This document shows, in pieces, positions 19,025 to 28,741 of a stretch of DNA of 64,000 nucleotides (the first letter of the stretch is position 1; every line of letters starts with the position of its first letter). The notes under the pieces were generated by a model that saw nothing but the letters and a program-made list of their open reading frames with translations, did no database searches and was not told the origin of the DNA. Source of the stretch: Nitrospinota bacterium (GTDB lineage: Bacteria; UBA8248); NCBI GenBank assembly GCA_046581755.1, contig JAYGFR010000031.1, positions 11,039 through 75,038 on the forward strand, written 5' to 3'. Both the position numbers and the translations under genes were made by a program.

Positions 19025-20158
19025 CTATAATCTTAATTTCAATTGCTCCCCGATGGCCATGAGACGGATTTTATCCATACCTCCACCCGATTCCGATATG
19101 ACGCGCCTGAGCACGGCCGGGGCCGCGTCCACGGGTTCGTCCGTCAGATCGAATGTCCCCCAATGCATCGGCACCATCCACCTAGCGCGAAGCTCCTTGA
19201 ACGCCCGGTAGGCCTCGGATGGATTCATATGGGCGTATCGCATGAACCAGCGGGGCTCATAGGCGCCGATGGGCAGCATGGCCACGTCGATGGGGCCGAA
19301 TTTTTTTCCGAACTCGGCAAACCCGTGAAAATAACCCGAATCACCGCCGAAAAAGTATTTTCGCCTGTCCGACTCGATGAGCCAGGCGCACCAAAGAGAT
19401 CCATTCCGGGGCATCCAAAAACGGTTGGACCAGTGTTGGACGGGCAGGCAGGTGATTTTCCATTTTCCCCGCCGCGCGCTTTGCCACCAGTCCATCTCCT
19501 TGACCCGGCGGCCGCGCTCGCGGAACCATTTTCCCAGTCCCCGGGGAACATACCACTGGACGCTTTCAGGAAGCGTCTTCACCGTCCACTCGTCCATATG
19601 GTCGTAGTGGTTGTGAGAGAGGACGCAAAACGCGTCCCCTGGAATACGCTCCACCGGAAGCCCGGGCGGATGAACACGGTCGTACAACAGCGCGCGTTCG
19701 CCGAAATGGGGGTCCGTCACGAAGGTATCGGCCCCCTCCTTTACGACGAATGTACAGTGGCCCACCCAGGCAATCGACGCCGATGGCTCGGGCTTCGAAA
19801 GATAGGCCCCATCGTTTTCCGTCCGGGCAACGCGGGGAGACCGGGATTTTTCCGCCAGGTAGGGATTCCGGTAGTAAAACTTCCACTTCAAAAAAGCCCC
19901 GAACCGGTTGGGGCTCGGCCACCAGGGATTGAACCAGGCCCCTTCTTTTTCGTGGGGCCAATAAAGCGATTCCGCCGAGCGCGATACGAGCCCCTGGGCC
20001 TCGGGCCGGGGGAGTTCCGTGGGGGAAGGCGGCTCAAACCCGATGCGCCCGCAACCGGTCAAGACGCCAGCCGCCGCCAGGGACCAAGAGCCCGCCGTTT
20101 TGAAAAAAACCCGCCTGCCCATTTTCTTTTCCATCCCGAAACCGCGCCTCCGGCTCAT
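19025..20158 (-). CDS. NAPE-PLD-like MBL-fold hydrolase with Tat/lipoprotein signal
   Basis: GRRVFFK...LTGC; LSHNHYDHMD, GDSGY, LPIGAYEPRWFM, PMHWGTF. Confidence 0.85.
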   Translation of the reverse strand: MSRRRGFGMEKKMGRRVFFKTAGSWSLAAAGVLTGCGRIGFEPPSPTELPRPEAQGLVSRSAESLYWPHEKEGAWFNPWWPSPNRFGAFLKWKFYYRNPYLAEKSRSPRVARTENDGAYLSKPEPSASIAWVGHCTFVVKEGADTFVTDPHFGERALLYDRVHPPGLPVERIPGDAFCVLSHNHYDHMDEWTVKTLPESVQWYVPRGLGKWFRERGRRVKEMDWWQSARRGKWKITCLPVQHWSNRFWMPRNGSLWCAWLIESDRRKYFFGGDSGYFHGFAEFGKKFGPIDVAMLPIGAYEPRWFMRYAHMNPSEAYRAFKELRARWMVPMHWGTFDLTDEPVDAAPAVLRRVISESGGGMDKIRLMAIGEQLKLRL

Positions 20159-20310
20159 GATAATTTGTCCGGCGCCCAGGCCACATACATATGATAGAAT
20201 TCATCTTATATCTTTTCGAAATAGAAAACGGAAAAATTTTCCGCACGAACCGATGGCTCCCGGCCCGAAAATATTCGCTCCCGGCCGCGCCGGGAAAGTA
20301 GGGGAGAGGA

Positions 20311-21819
20311 ATGAGAGAACCACCCGAAAAATGGGGCCGGGCCTTCATCCTGACGGCGGCTGTCCTCTTCCTGGGATGGAGCGGACTGGCGCCGGCAATG
20401 GGCGCGGCCTCCCCGTCCACCCAAATGGTGAACATCGAGACCGCCCGGCCCGCCGATGCCTATATCGCCGGATACGCCATGGCCATCATCTTGCGCGAAT
20501 TCAACCTTAAGGGCGTCACCCTCACCGTCGAGGGCGGAAACGTCATCCTCATCACGGGGAGACACCGGGGGGATGCGATTCGCCGGGTGGCGGCTGCCGT
20601 ATTCAAACTGCCCTCGGTCAGGAGCGTCAGCATCCGCGAACGCCTGGCGCTCGGCCCAAAGCCCAAGGGCCGCCCGGAACCGGACCGCATCTCCTGGTCT
20701 CGTCCCATCAAAAGAGGAAAATTCACCATCCACCTCCGGGAAGATGTCTCCGGGGCGGCGGCTCTTGCGCTAAAAATTCTCTCCTCTCCCGGAGCGGACT
20801 CCCGGGACAGAATCTACCGAATGGCCAAGAAAAAGCTTTCGGGGATCGATGGCCTCACGCTCGTTGCGGTGGAGGAGAGTATATTCACGCGGGACTCCGG
20901 GACCGCCTCCGCTCCCCCCGAAGAGGAGCCGAAAAAAGTGGTCCGGGTGAAATCTCCGGATACGGGTTCACGATTTTTCCCGAAAGGAGACCTGTTCAAG
21001 CCCCTGATCGCCGATCCGCGCTGGCCCCATTTTTCCGTCGTCTATCAGAGCTATATCGACGATCCGGTCCGCTCGGTCGAAAACAAATTCGTCAGCACAG
21101 CGATTGCGGTGAGTTTCGGGGAAACCCTGCCCATCTACCGGCAGCAGCTCTCTCCCGACTTCGCGTGGGAAATTGGCTTTCACGCCGCCGTGTTCGGGCT
21201 CTTCGACCTGGAGGGAGAGTCCTTCGATCTCATCAACACGGATTTCTGGGTGGCCCCGATAGCGATCGGGATCCGTCTCGGAAACATCACAAGCCTGTTT
21301 CGCTTCTACCATCAATCCTCCCACTTGGGAGACGAATTTATCCTCCGCGACCCCAACATCAGCGAATTCGCGCTCCGGGATCCGGCCAAGGATCGCGTCA
21401 ACCTAAGCTACTGGGCGTTCAACCTGCTCCTGTCCTATGACATCGACGAGAACTTCCGCGTCTATGTGGGCGGAGAGCATATGATCGACAAAGGCGGGTT
21501 CTTTTTCGAAAAAGACCCATCCGATTTGGAAGAGGTCTCGGTTCAATACGGCATCGAATACCGCGGGCTGCCGCTTTCCATCCTGAAATGGGACAAACTC
21601 GAGGGAAGGATCATCACCGGTATGGACATCAAGAACCAGGAAGAATCCGACTGGGAGGCCAACCTCTCCATCCGGGGGGGGGTCCAGTTCGAGGATCCGA
21701 ACTTTCCCCACTCCCAGTACCAGATCATCCTCGAATACTTTACCGGGCGATCTCCGAATGGGCAGTTCTACAAACGGAACATCGAGTATTTCGGCTTCGG
21801 CGTTCAGGGGTTCTTTTAA
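20311..21819 (+). CDS. DUF1207-like exported protein
   Basis: Signal peptide; LFKPLIADPRWPHFS, RFYHQSSHLGDEF, GRSPNGQFY, C-terminal Phe. Confidence 0.7.
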   Translation: MREPPEKWGRAFILTAAVLFLGWSGLAPAMGAASPSTQMVNIETARPADAYIAGYAMAIILREFNLKGVTLTVEGGNVILITGRHRGDAIRRVAAAVFKLPSVRSVSIRERLALGPKPKGRPEPDRISWSRPIKRGKFTIHLREDVSGAAALALKILSSPGADSRDRIYRMAKKKLSGIDGLTLVAVEESIFTRDSGTASAPPEEEPKKVVRVKSPDTGSRFFPKGDLFKPLIADPRWPHFSVVYQSYIDDPVRSVENKFVSTAIAVSFGETLPIYRQQLSPDFAWEIGFHAAVFGLFDLEGESFDLINTDFWVAPIAIGIRLGNITSLFRFYHQSSHLGDEFILRDPNISEFALRDPAKDRVNLSYWAFNLLLSYDIDENFRVYVGGEHMIDKGGFFFEKDPSDLEEVSVQYGIEYRGLPLSILKWDKLEGRIITGMDIKNQEESDWEANLSIRGGVQFEDPNFPHSQYQIILEYFTGRSPNGQFYKRNIEYFGFGVQGFF

Positions 21820-21861
21820 AGCCGGGCCGCCTCCGTGCCCACCCCCCCGCCGCCCGGCCCG

Positions 21862-22725
21862 CTATTTCGCCGCGGCCCTGGCTTCTTCCTCTTCCTTCAT
21901 CCGTTTCAGGAACACGGGCGCGGGAGTGTCCGGGCGCCACTTGGTCTGATCCGGAGGCTCGGGCCACTCATAGGGAAGATGGACATACGTATTCGGCCCC
22001 TTCGCCGATTCGAGCAAATCGGCCATGCCGCCGCAGATTCTCCGCTGCCCCTCGCGGTCGCCCACATCTCCAATCTGGCGGCCGAAGGGATACTGGATAA
22101 ACGCGGCGCGCGGGACGGCGACCTTCTCCGTCATCCCGGGCACGTTGCTGAGAGAAACCGTGGCGATTCCCGCCCTTTCGATTTCGCGCTGAAGCAGTCC
22201 GCCGGACCGGATGCAAAGCGGTCAGACGGGAATGAGAAAAACCGCATCCACCTTCTCGGACTTCATTTTTTCGACCATCAGCGGCGCCGTGCGCTTGATC
22301 AGCGGGTTGAAGTTGGGGATGTAGCCCATGATGGAATAGAGCGTATCGGCGAGGCTCCCGATTTTTCCCTCGCTCTCGTAGTCGTTGAAAATGTCCACCG
22401 GCCAGGCCACGTTCCGGTCCTTGGCCATAAAGCTCGTGTCGATGTGCAGATGGCTGTACTCCACATCGTCCTGGCCCGCCGTTCGCGGAATCTCTCGGTG
22501 GCTGGGGTCGCCCCAGGTCGGCTCGGCCCGCTCACGATCATAGTCGAACGACACATCCCCTTTCGCAAAGATTCCGGCCGTGGAAACCAGCGTCACGCGG
22601 CATTCCGAAAGCGGCTTGGAGAGCGGCGTCCAGGGCGTTTCCGCCGGGTCGTTGGCCCGCATTTGCTCGATACGATCCTTTTGCCCGGGGTGAAAAAACA
22701 AACTGTCGACTTTCGTGATCGCCAT
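21862..22725 (-). CDS. Putative PrdB/GrdB-family (proline/glycine reductase selenoprotein B-like) selenoprotein, 287 aa (TGA 22222-22224 read as Sec168)
   Basis: AAGGAG RBS; PLSECRVTLVSTAG, GDPSHREIP, VDAVFLIPV-U-PLCIRSGGLLQREIERAGIATV, PRAAFIQYPFGR; frame continuous through the TGA. Confidence 0.88.
22195..22209 (-). promoter_or_regulatory. Putative bacterial SECIS hairpin
   Basis: CGGUCC-GGC-GGACUG, loop GG at +19 after the TGA. Confidence 0.65.
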
Positions 22726-22830
22726 GGAAATCTCCTTGAATGAGTCCGGATTCCGGCGGAGCCGAGCGATGGACGCTTCGAGCCTCTGCGAGACGCATAT
22801 ATTATTCACACTATCACCAACCGGGCATCT

Positions 22831-23874
22831 TCACCCCACCGTGAGGACCAGCTTCCCCTGGGTGTGGCCCCCTTCGAGCATGGCGTGGGCGCGGGCGATG
22901 GACTCAGCCGTCATGGGGCCCAACTCCGCAACCATCGGCGGGGCGATGGCGCCCGCTTCCAGCCAGCCGCGGAGGGTATCGAGCGCATCCCGGTAGGCGC
23001 TCCAATAGGGCCGCCCGCCGCCGCGCACCGGGGCTCTGAGAAACACGCTATGGAACGAGGCGGATTTCGGGAACAGGGGGCCCTTCTGGGAGTGGAAAAA
23101 TTCATCGATCGGCGCGCCCGGCTCGGGGGCACAGGAAACCACGTGGCCGAAATAGTCCACTGCACGCATGCAGAGCTTTTTCATATCCTTGCCCACCAAA
23201 TCGAACGTCAGCCGGGGGAGCCTTCCCCCGTTCGCTTCAACGATTCGGCTTTCGAGCGCATCCAGAGAGAGCCCCGCGTAGCGGATGATGTTTTCATCCG
23301 GAACCCCGAGGCGCTCATGGATATAGGCAGCGCTTTGATCGCTCCCCGCCGTCGTAACGATGGGGTCGGCCCCCAGGTGGCGGAGTATCTGGATCGCCAT
23401 CGTCCCGACCCCGCCGGAACCGCCCGCCACGAAGGCCGAATCCCCCGCCCCCGCGCGGGCCTTCATGACAACGCACTCATAGGCCGTCAGCGAAACCAGC
23501 GGCACCGCCGCCGCCTCGGCGAAGGAGAGCCCGGCGGGCTTTCGGGAGACGAATTCGGCGGGAACGGAGACGAACTCGGCATATCCCTCCCCGCCGCTCT
23601 CCCCGAACCGGGGGAGGTAGGACATCACCTCATCGCCGAGGGCGAAATTTTCGACGCCGCTCCCGGCGGCCTCGACCACCCCCGCAACGTCCCGCCCCAG
23701 GAGCATGGGCAGCGCCCCCCCGCTCGCCCCCGAGCGGGCCTTGTAGTCTGTCGGGTTCACTGAGATCGCCCGGACCCGGATCTTCACCTCCCCTTCCCCG
23801 GCTTCGGGCTCGGGCCACTCCGCGTCCTCGAGGTTTTCGGTCCCACCGAAGGCTTTGAAGATTACCGCTTTCAT
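22831..23874 (-). CDS. MDR-family NADPH:quinone oxidoreductase-like protein
   Basis: SVNPTDYK, LGRDVAGVV, GGSGGVGT, GKLVL. Confidence 0.85.
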   Translation of the reverse strand: MKAVIFKAFGGTENLEDAEWPEPEAGEGEVKIRVRAISVNPTDYKARSGASGGALPMLLGRDVAGVVEAAGSGVENFALGDEVMSYLPRFGESGGEGYAEFVSVPAEFVSRKPAGLSFAEAAAVPLVSLTAYECVVMKARAGAGDSAFVAGGSGGVGTMAIQILRHLGADPIVTTAGSDQSAAYIHERLGVPDENIIRYAGLSLDALESRIVEANGGRLPRLTFDLVGKDMKKLCMRAVDYFGHVVSCAPEPGAPIDEFFHSQKGPLFPKSASFHSVFLRAPVRGGGRPYWSAYRDALDTLRGWLEAGAIAPPMVAELGPMTAESIARAHAMLEGGHTQGKLVLTVG

Positions 23875-23905
23875 ATCGAACTGTCCTTTCGGTTTAAAAT
23901 CCGCC

Positions 23906-24691
23906 TCACACCATCCAGGCGCCGCCGGCAACCATCATGCCCTGGCCCGTGACGTTCCGGCTCTCGTCGCTGGCCAGGTAGACGGCCAGGCTCCCCACGT
24001 CATCGGGCGTCTGCTCCCGTCCCATGGGCACCGCGCCCTGAACAAACGCGTCGAACACATCGCGGGGCGCGCGCCCGGTGTCCTCGCCAATGACCACGCC
24101 GTGGCCCTTTTCCCACAAGTCCGTCCAGAGCATCCCGGGGTTGATCGCGTTCACGTTTACGCTGTAGGGCGCGAACTCCTTGGCGAGGCTCATGGTAAAG
24201 CTCATCGCCGCAGCCTTCGAGGCGCAGTAATGTGGCACGTTCTCGTTCGCCCGCCGGGCCGCCAGCGAGGCGATGTTGATAATTTTCCCGTACCGGCGCT
24301 CCCTCATATGCGCGGCGAGGGCCCGGCACATGAGAAAAACGGCGGTCGTATTCACCGCGAACACCGCGTTCCATTCCTCCAGCGAAAGCCGGTCGATGGG
24401 GTTTCCGAGCTGGCTGGAGGGCCGCCCGTGGCTGTTCACGAGAATATCGACGCTGCCCATTCGCTCGATGGCCGTCCGGGCCACGCGTTCCACGTCCCCC
24501 TCTTTCGTTAGGTCGGCGCCGAGCGCGAAATGGTCTCCCCCGCCCGCATCGTCGGCCCCCTTCCGGGCGATTTCTTCGGTGAGATCGACCGCGCAAACCC
24601 GCGCGCCCTCGCGCGCGAATGCCCGGATGATTCCCCGGCCGATACCCCCTCCGCCTCCCGTGACGATTGCCGTCTTGCCTTCTAATCGCAT
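23906..24691 (-). CDS. SDR-family oxidoreductase
   Basis: TGGGGGIG, YCASKAA, VNAINPG. Confidence 0.9.
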   Translation of the reverse strand: MRLEGKTAIVTGGGGGIGRGIIRAFAREGARVCAVDLTEEIARKGADDAGGGDHFALGADLTKEGDVERVARTAIERMGSVDILVNSHGRPSSQLGNPIDRLSLEEWNAVFAVNTTAVFLMCRALAAHMRERRYGKIINIASLAARRANENVPHYCASKAAAMSFTMSLAKEFAPYSVNVNAINPGMLWTDLWEKGHGVVIGEDTGRAPRDVFDAFVQGAVPMGREQTPDDVGSLAVYLASDESRNVTGQGMMVAGGAWMV

Positions 24692-24912
24692 TTCCACCTC
24701 CCGTGCGGCGATGGCATTCGCCGCGCACCTGCCGCCTGAATAGATAACAGATGGGATCGACGGTACAGGAACGCGGCGGGGCGGGCCAGCATCCCCGCCG
24801 GATCCCGTTGGCCGCTGCCGGAGGGGGATGATATCCTCGGCCTATCGATAACCGAGCCCGGCCTCGCGGCAACCCGGAGCCGGTTCTTATTTTCGCATTC
24901 AGGGGACCCATC

Positions 24913-25347
24913 ATGCCCCTTTTAAAAACGACCAAGGATTCCATCGATATCGGCATCGTCGTGAAAGATCTTTCGGTGGCGGAAAAATTTTATGGAGATG
25001 TCCTCGGCTTTCCGGTCGTCCGGGAGGTGGATATCAGCGCCGATGTGGCGCGCCAGGCCGGTTGCGCCTCGGGCCCCTTCCGGTTCAAGGCGTTCCAGGC
25101 CGGGGAGGTCCAGCTCAAAATCATCCAGGCCGAGTCCGACCCGCCCGCCGGAACGGGCAAGGTGGATGCGGCGACCGGGGTGCGCTACCTCACTTTTTCG
25201 GTCGAAAGCGTGGAAGAAGCCTACGACGCGGTGAAGGCGGCGGGCGCGGCGATGCAGGGCGAAATTTCGGAAGTCGTTCCGGGCCGGTTCATTTTTTTCT
25301 TCTCCGATCCCGACGGGAACCTGCTCGAATGCGTCGGGCCCAAATAA
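24913..25347 (+). CDS. VOC/glyoxalase family protein
   Basis: IGIVVKDL..AEKFY.DVLG, FFSDPDGNLLE. Confidence 0.85.
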   Translation: MPLLKTTKDSIDIGIVVKDLSVAEKFYGDVLGFPVVREVDISADVARQAGCASGPFRFKAFQAGEVQLKIIQAESDPPAGTGKVDAATGVRYLTFSVESVEEAYDAVKAAGAAMQGEISEVVPGRFIFFFSDPDGNLLECVGPK

Positions 25348-25411
25348 TCCCCGGCCCGGCGCGGCCTCCCGGCAAGCCGCCGAGCCCTCGCCTCCAGGAA
25401 AAGAAAATCTG

Positions 25412-26029
25412 ATGTTCGAAATCGTCCACGCCTACCTCGCCGAGTTCACATATGCGGGCATTTTTTTGGCCCTGTTGCTCTGCGGGCTCGGCCTTCCGCT
25501 TCCCGAGGACGTTCCGATCCTCATTTCGGGCTATCTTTCCTACCTGGGAACCATTCACTTCGGGTATGCCCTGGCCGTCACCATGGCCGGCGTCCTGATC
25601 GGGGATATGATTATCTTCAGCTTGGGCTATTGGTGGGGGCCGCGCGCCACCCAGCACCGCCTTGTGCGATCCATCCTCACCCCGAAACGAATGGAAAAAG
25701 TCGAGGTGTTTTTCGGCAAGCACGGAAGAAAGGCGGTGTTTTTTGGCCGGTTTCTCGCGGGGCTCCGGGCGCCGCTGTTTCTCACGGCGGGGATAATGCG
25801 CATGCCGGCCTGGAGGTTTTTCTGCATGGACGGCCTGGCCGTCCTCCTGAGTGTGCCGGCCCTGTTGATTTTGGCCTACTCCTTCGGGGAGCAACTGGAC
25901 TCCTTGCGGCGGATGCTGGGAACCACCAAGACAATCGTGGTTCTCATTCTGGGAGCGGGAATCGCCTTATATGCGGTTCGCTTTTTCGTTCGCCGCTGGA
26001 AGGGCGGCCCCTTCGCCGCGGCCGACTAG
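25412..26029 (+). CDS. DedA family membrane protein
   Basis: GLPLPED, VFFGRFLAGLR motifs. Confidence 0.9.
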   Translation: MFEIVHAYLAEFTYAGIFLALLLCGLGLPLPEDVPILISGYLSYLGTIHFGYALAVTMAGVLIGDMIIFSLGYWWGPRATQHRLVRSILTPKRMEKVEVFFGKHGRKAVFFGRFLAGLRAPLFLTAGIMRMPAWRFFCMDGLAVLLSVPALLILAYSFGEQLDSLRRMLGTTKTIVVLILGAGIALYAVRFFVRRWKGGPFAAAD

Positions 26030-26231
26030 GCGCCCCGCCGCCTGGAATTGATCCCCACTTTCTTCATTTTAATGCCCCGGGTTCCCGGATCGGGACCACA
26101 TAAAATTATTGGACGCGATAACCCGCCGGGAATAGAGCGGAAGCGACCGGGCGCTTGAAAATGATCTGAACCTGCCGAACCATGCCGGCGCAAACGACAT
26201 CACCGAAACAATCCTGAACGGGCGGGCAGAA

Positions 26232-26634
26232 CGAAAATTCGCGGCCCTTGGCGCATCTGCCCGAAAATTCTCCCGGACGGGACGGAAACGATGGAGGGCG
26301 AATCTGCGCACGCCCCTCACCCAACCCTCTCCCGGCGGATGGGAGGTGGAGTCCACCTCCACCCGCCGAACATGGTTCGAGCGGGGCAAGGGAGAGGGCG
26401 TTGCTCAATGATCCTCCCCGCAATTACCTGAAAATTCGGACAGGAGGGCTCGAAAAGAGAGTGTGCAAAATTGTGCGCACCTCGGCGCATTTGCCCGAAA
26501 ATCCTGGAAGACCATTGAAAATGGGGGAGCGCGAAATTGCGCGCGCCTTGGCGCATCTGCCCGAAAATTATCCCGGAACACCCCGAAAAGAGGACTGGCG
26601 AATCTGTGTGCGCCTTGGCGCATTTGCCCGAATC
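26232..26634. repeat. Degenerate tandem array of about five palindromic ~36-nt units, period 66-67 nt, unit 2 split by a 100-nt insertion
   Basis: Core GGCGCATyTGCCCGAA at 26250, 26484, 26550 and 26617; degenerate right half at 26417 and left half at 26297. Confidence 0.75.
26313..26398. repeat. REP/MITE-like multibranched palindrome
   Basis: CCCTCTCCC (26325-33) pairs with GGGAGAGGG (26390-98), enclosing GGAGGTGGA-g-TCCACCTCC and CGAAC-atg-GTTCG. Confidence 0.6.
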
Positions 26635-26723
26635 TCCCGGCGGATTGCGCTGGAGCGTTTCGAAATATTCGCCCGAGGGGGGGGATCCGCCGGAATCCGG
26701 ACGCGCCAGAGGAGACAGCGATA

Positions 26724-27665
26724 TCAGGATGCGGCGGCGGCGAAGATATCCTGGCCCGAGGTGTCCACGGCGTGGGCCCCATGCGCGGCGATTCGGAGGA
26801 CGTGCATCTGGGTGCCGATGCCGTGGGAGCGGTAGACATCGCGCATGGCGAGCCCCACCTTCCCGGCGCTCGGATCGCATAAGGCCAGGACACAGGGCCC
26901 GGCGCCGCTGATGCAGACCCCCAGCGCGCCCGCCTCGTATGCGGCGGCAAATATCTCATCAAGGGGGCCCATCAACTCCTTGCGGTAAGGCTGGTGCAGT
27001 TTGTCATCCATGGCTTCGCGGAACAGTTCGTTCTGCCCATAAGCGAACGCGGCCATGAGCATCCCGACCCGCTGCACGTTGAAAGTTGCGTCCGAAAGGG
27101 AAATCTCGCCGGGAAGCCGGAGCCGCGCCTCCTTGGTGCTGACCTCGAAGGAGGGAACGACGATTACCCACCGGTAGCGGTCCACGACTGGAGCGCGGGT
27201 GTAGAGCGTCCGGCCGTCTTCTCCGATGGCCGAGATGCAAAACCCGCCCACGAGAGCGGGAACGACATTATCGGGATGCCCTTCCATTTCCACGGCCAGC
27301 TGTACGAGATCGTCCATCGATAGCGGGCTGCCCAGCATGAGATTCCCCCCCACCAGCCCCCCGACCAGGGCTGCGGAGCTGCTGCCCAATCCTCTGGCAA
27401 GAGGAATGTGGTTGCGCTGCTTCATCCAAAGTCCGGGGAGGGTCCGCCCCGCCTTTTGATATACGCGCTTGACCGCCTCGACGGATATATTGGTCTCATC
27501 GCGCGGGATGACGTCCATCCCTTCGCCTTCGACGTGAACCGAGAGGCCCCAGGGAAGCTCGTCGAGTTCGACCCGGTTATAGAGGTTGAGAGCCACGCCC
27601 AGCGCATCGAAGCCCGGACCGAGATTGGTGGTGCTTGAGGGAACTTGAACGCGAACCAAGGGCAA
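26724..27665 (-). CDS. thrB: Homoserine kinase
   Basis: NLGPGFDALG, IPLARGLGSSS, EGHPDNV, DKLHQPYR, ISGAGP; TTG start. Confidence 0.93.
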   Translation of the reverse strand: MPLVRVQVPSSTTNLGPGFDALGVALNLYNRVELDELPWGLSVHVEGEGMDVIPRDETNISVEAVKRVYQKAGRTLPGLWMKQRNHIPLARGLGSSSAALVGGLVGGNLMLGSPLSMDDLVQLAVEMEGHPDNVVPALVGGFCISAIGEDGRTLYTRAPVVDRYRWVIVVPSFEVSTKEARLRLPGEISLSDATFNVQRVGMLMAAFAYGQNELFREAMDDKLHQPYRKELMGPLDEIFAAAYEAGALGVCISGAGPCVLALCDPSAGKVGLAMRDVYRSHGIGTQMHVLRIAAHGAHAVDTSGQDIFAAAAS

Positions 27666-27677
27666 ACCGGCACTCCT

Positions 27678-28255
27678 TTATTCCGGTACATCCACCGACA
27701 TTGCGAACGCGCATCCGGCGTCCCGCATTTCCCGAGTCGCCCGGTCTCCGTCGCCGGGCCGGACATCTACCGCGCGGATGGCGTCCTTGAGAACCACTAC
27801 TTCGAGCCCCTCCCGGCGGCCGTCCAGCGCCGTGGCGCGCACACAATAATCCGTCGCCAGCCCGCAGACAAATATCCGCCGGATCTTCTTGGATTTCAGC
27901 TCGGCGGCCAGCGGGGTTCCGTCGAATCCCGAATAGGCCTCGACATCCTCCCGGGTGCCTTTCGATATGAGGAGATCGGCCCGGTCGGAATGCATTTGGG
28001 GGTGAAATTGGGCGCCCGCCGTATCCGCCACGCAATGGGGAGGCCAGATTCCGCCCTGGGCCTCAAAGGACATATGGCCGAGGGGATGCCAGTCGCGAGT
28101 CGCCACCTTGAACAAGCGGGGATGGGCCAAAGGGTATTGACATGAGGAACGATCAGATCCCCTTCGGGGACAGCCAGCGCCCCGCCGGGGCAAAAATCGT
28201 TCTGCAGATCCACCACCACCAGCGCGTCTCCGGGTCCGGCGGAAATCTCGCTCAT
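27678..28255 (-). CDS. pncA: Nicotinamidase/pyrazinamidase, frameshifted near 28129-28131
   Basis: VVDLQNDFCPGGALAV in one frame; ATRDWHP, WPPHCV, YSGF, GLATDYCV in the other; one added T restores the frame. Confidence 0.85.
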
Positions 28256-28276
28256 CTCCAGGCCCTCCATGCAGGA

Positions 28277-28741
28277 TCAGGTACGACCCCCAACAAGTTG
28301 CGCATAATACCTCTGAAGAGCTTCCATGAGATTGCTGAAATACTGGCGGTAATAGAATAAGCTCATTCCGTAGGGGTCTTTAATCGTGTCCCCCGGCTTC
28401 CCGCCCAGACGGAACCGCGCCAATTCGACCACTTTTTCGCGTGCAATCGGAAAGTTCATCTCAATAAATTCTTCATGCTCTGGAGACATCACGACGATTT
28501 CGTCGGCCCAGGTCACAAGCTCTTGCGAAAGCGGCTGGGCCACATGAGACATCAGGTCCAGGCCGGCCGTATCCGCCACCTGCTGCGCCTCGACGGGGGA
28601 TTTGTTCCCGGCGAAAGCGTGGGTCCCCGCCGACCGGGCGTTTAGGTCGCTCCTTCCCGCGCGAGAGGAAAAATTTTTCAGCAAGGCTTCGGCCATCGGC
28701 GATCGGCACAAATTTCCCGTGCACACAAAAAGAATGTTCAT
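28277..28741 (-). CDS. Low-molecular-weight protein Tyr/Arg phosphatase
   Basis: ILFVCTGNLCRSPMAE, SAGT, IKDPYG. Confidence 0.9.
   Translation of the reverse strand: MNILFVCTGNLCRSPMAEALLKNFSSRAGRSDLNARSAGTHAFAGNKSPVEAQQVADTAGLDLMSHVAQPLSQELVTWADEIVVMSPEHEEFIEMNFPIAREKVVELARFRLGGKPGDTIKDPYGMSLFYYRQYFSNLMEALQRYYAQLVGGRT

Noticed and set aside
26232..26634. Canonical CRISPR array
   Set aside because: Repeats differ at many positions, spacers resemble one another, and there is no cas gene or clear leader in the window; kept only as an unexplained repeat.
26248..26835. 195-aa ORF with repeated AHLPEN peptides
   Set aside because: By-product of the DNA repeat; the 67-nt steps break the frame, there is no RBS, and it overlaps thrB antisense.
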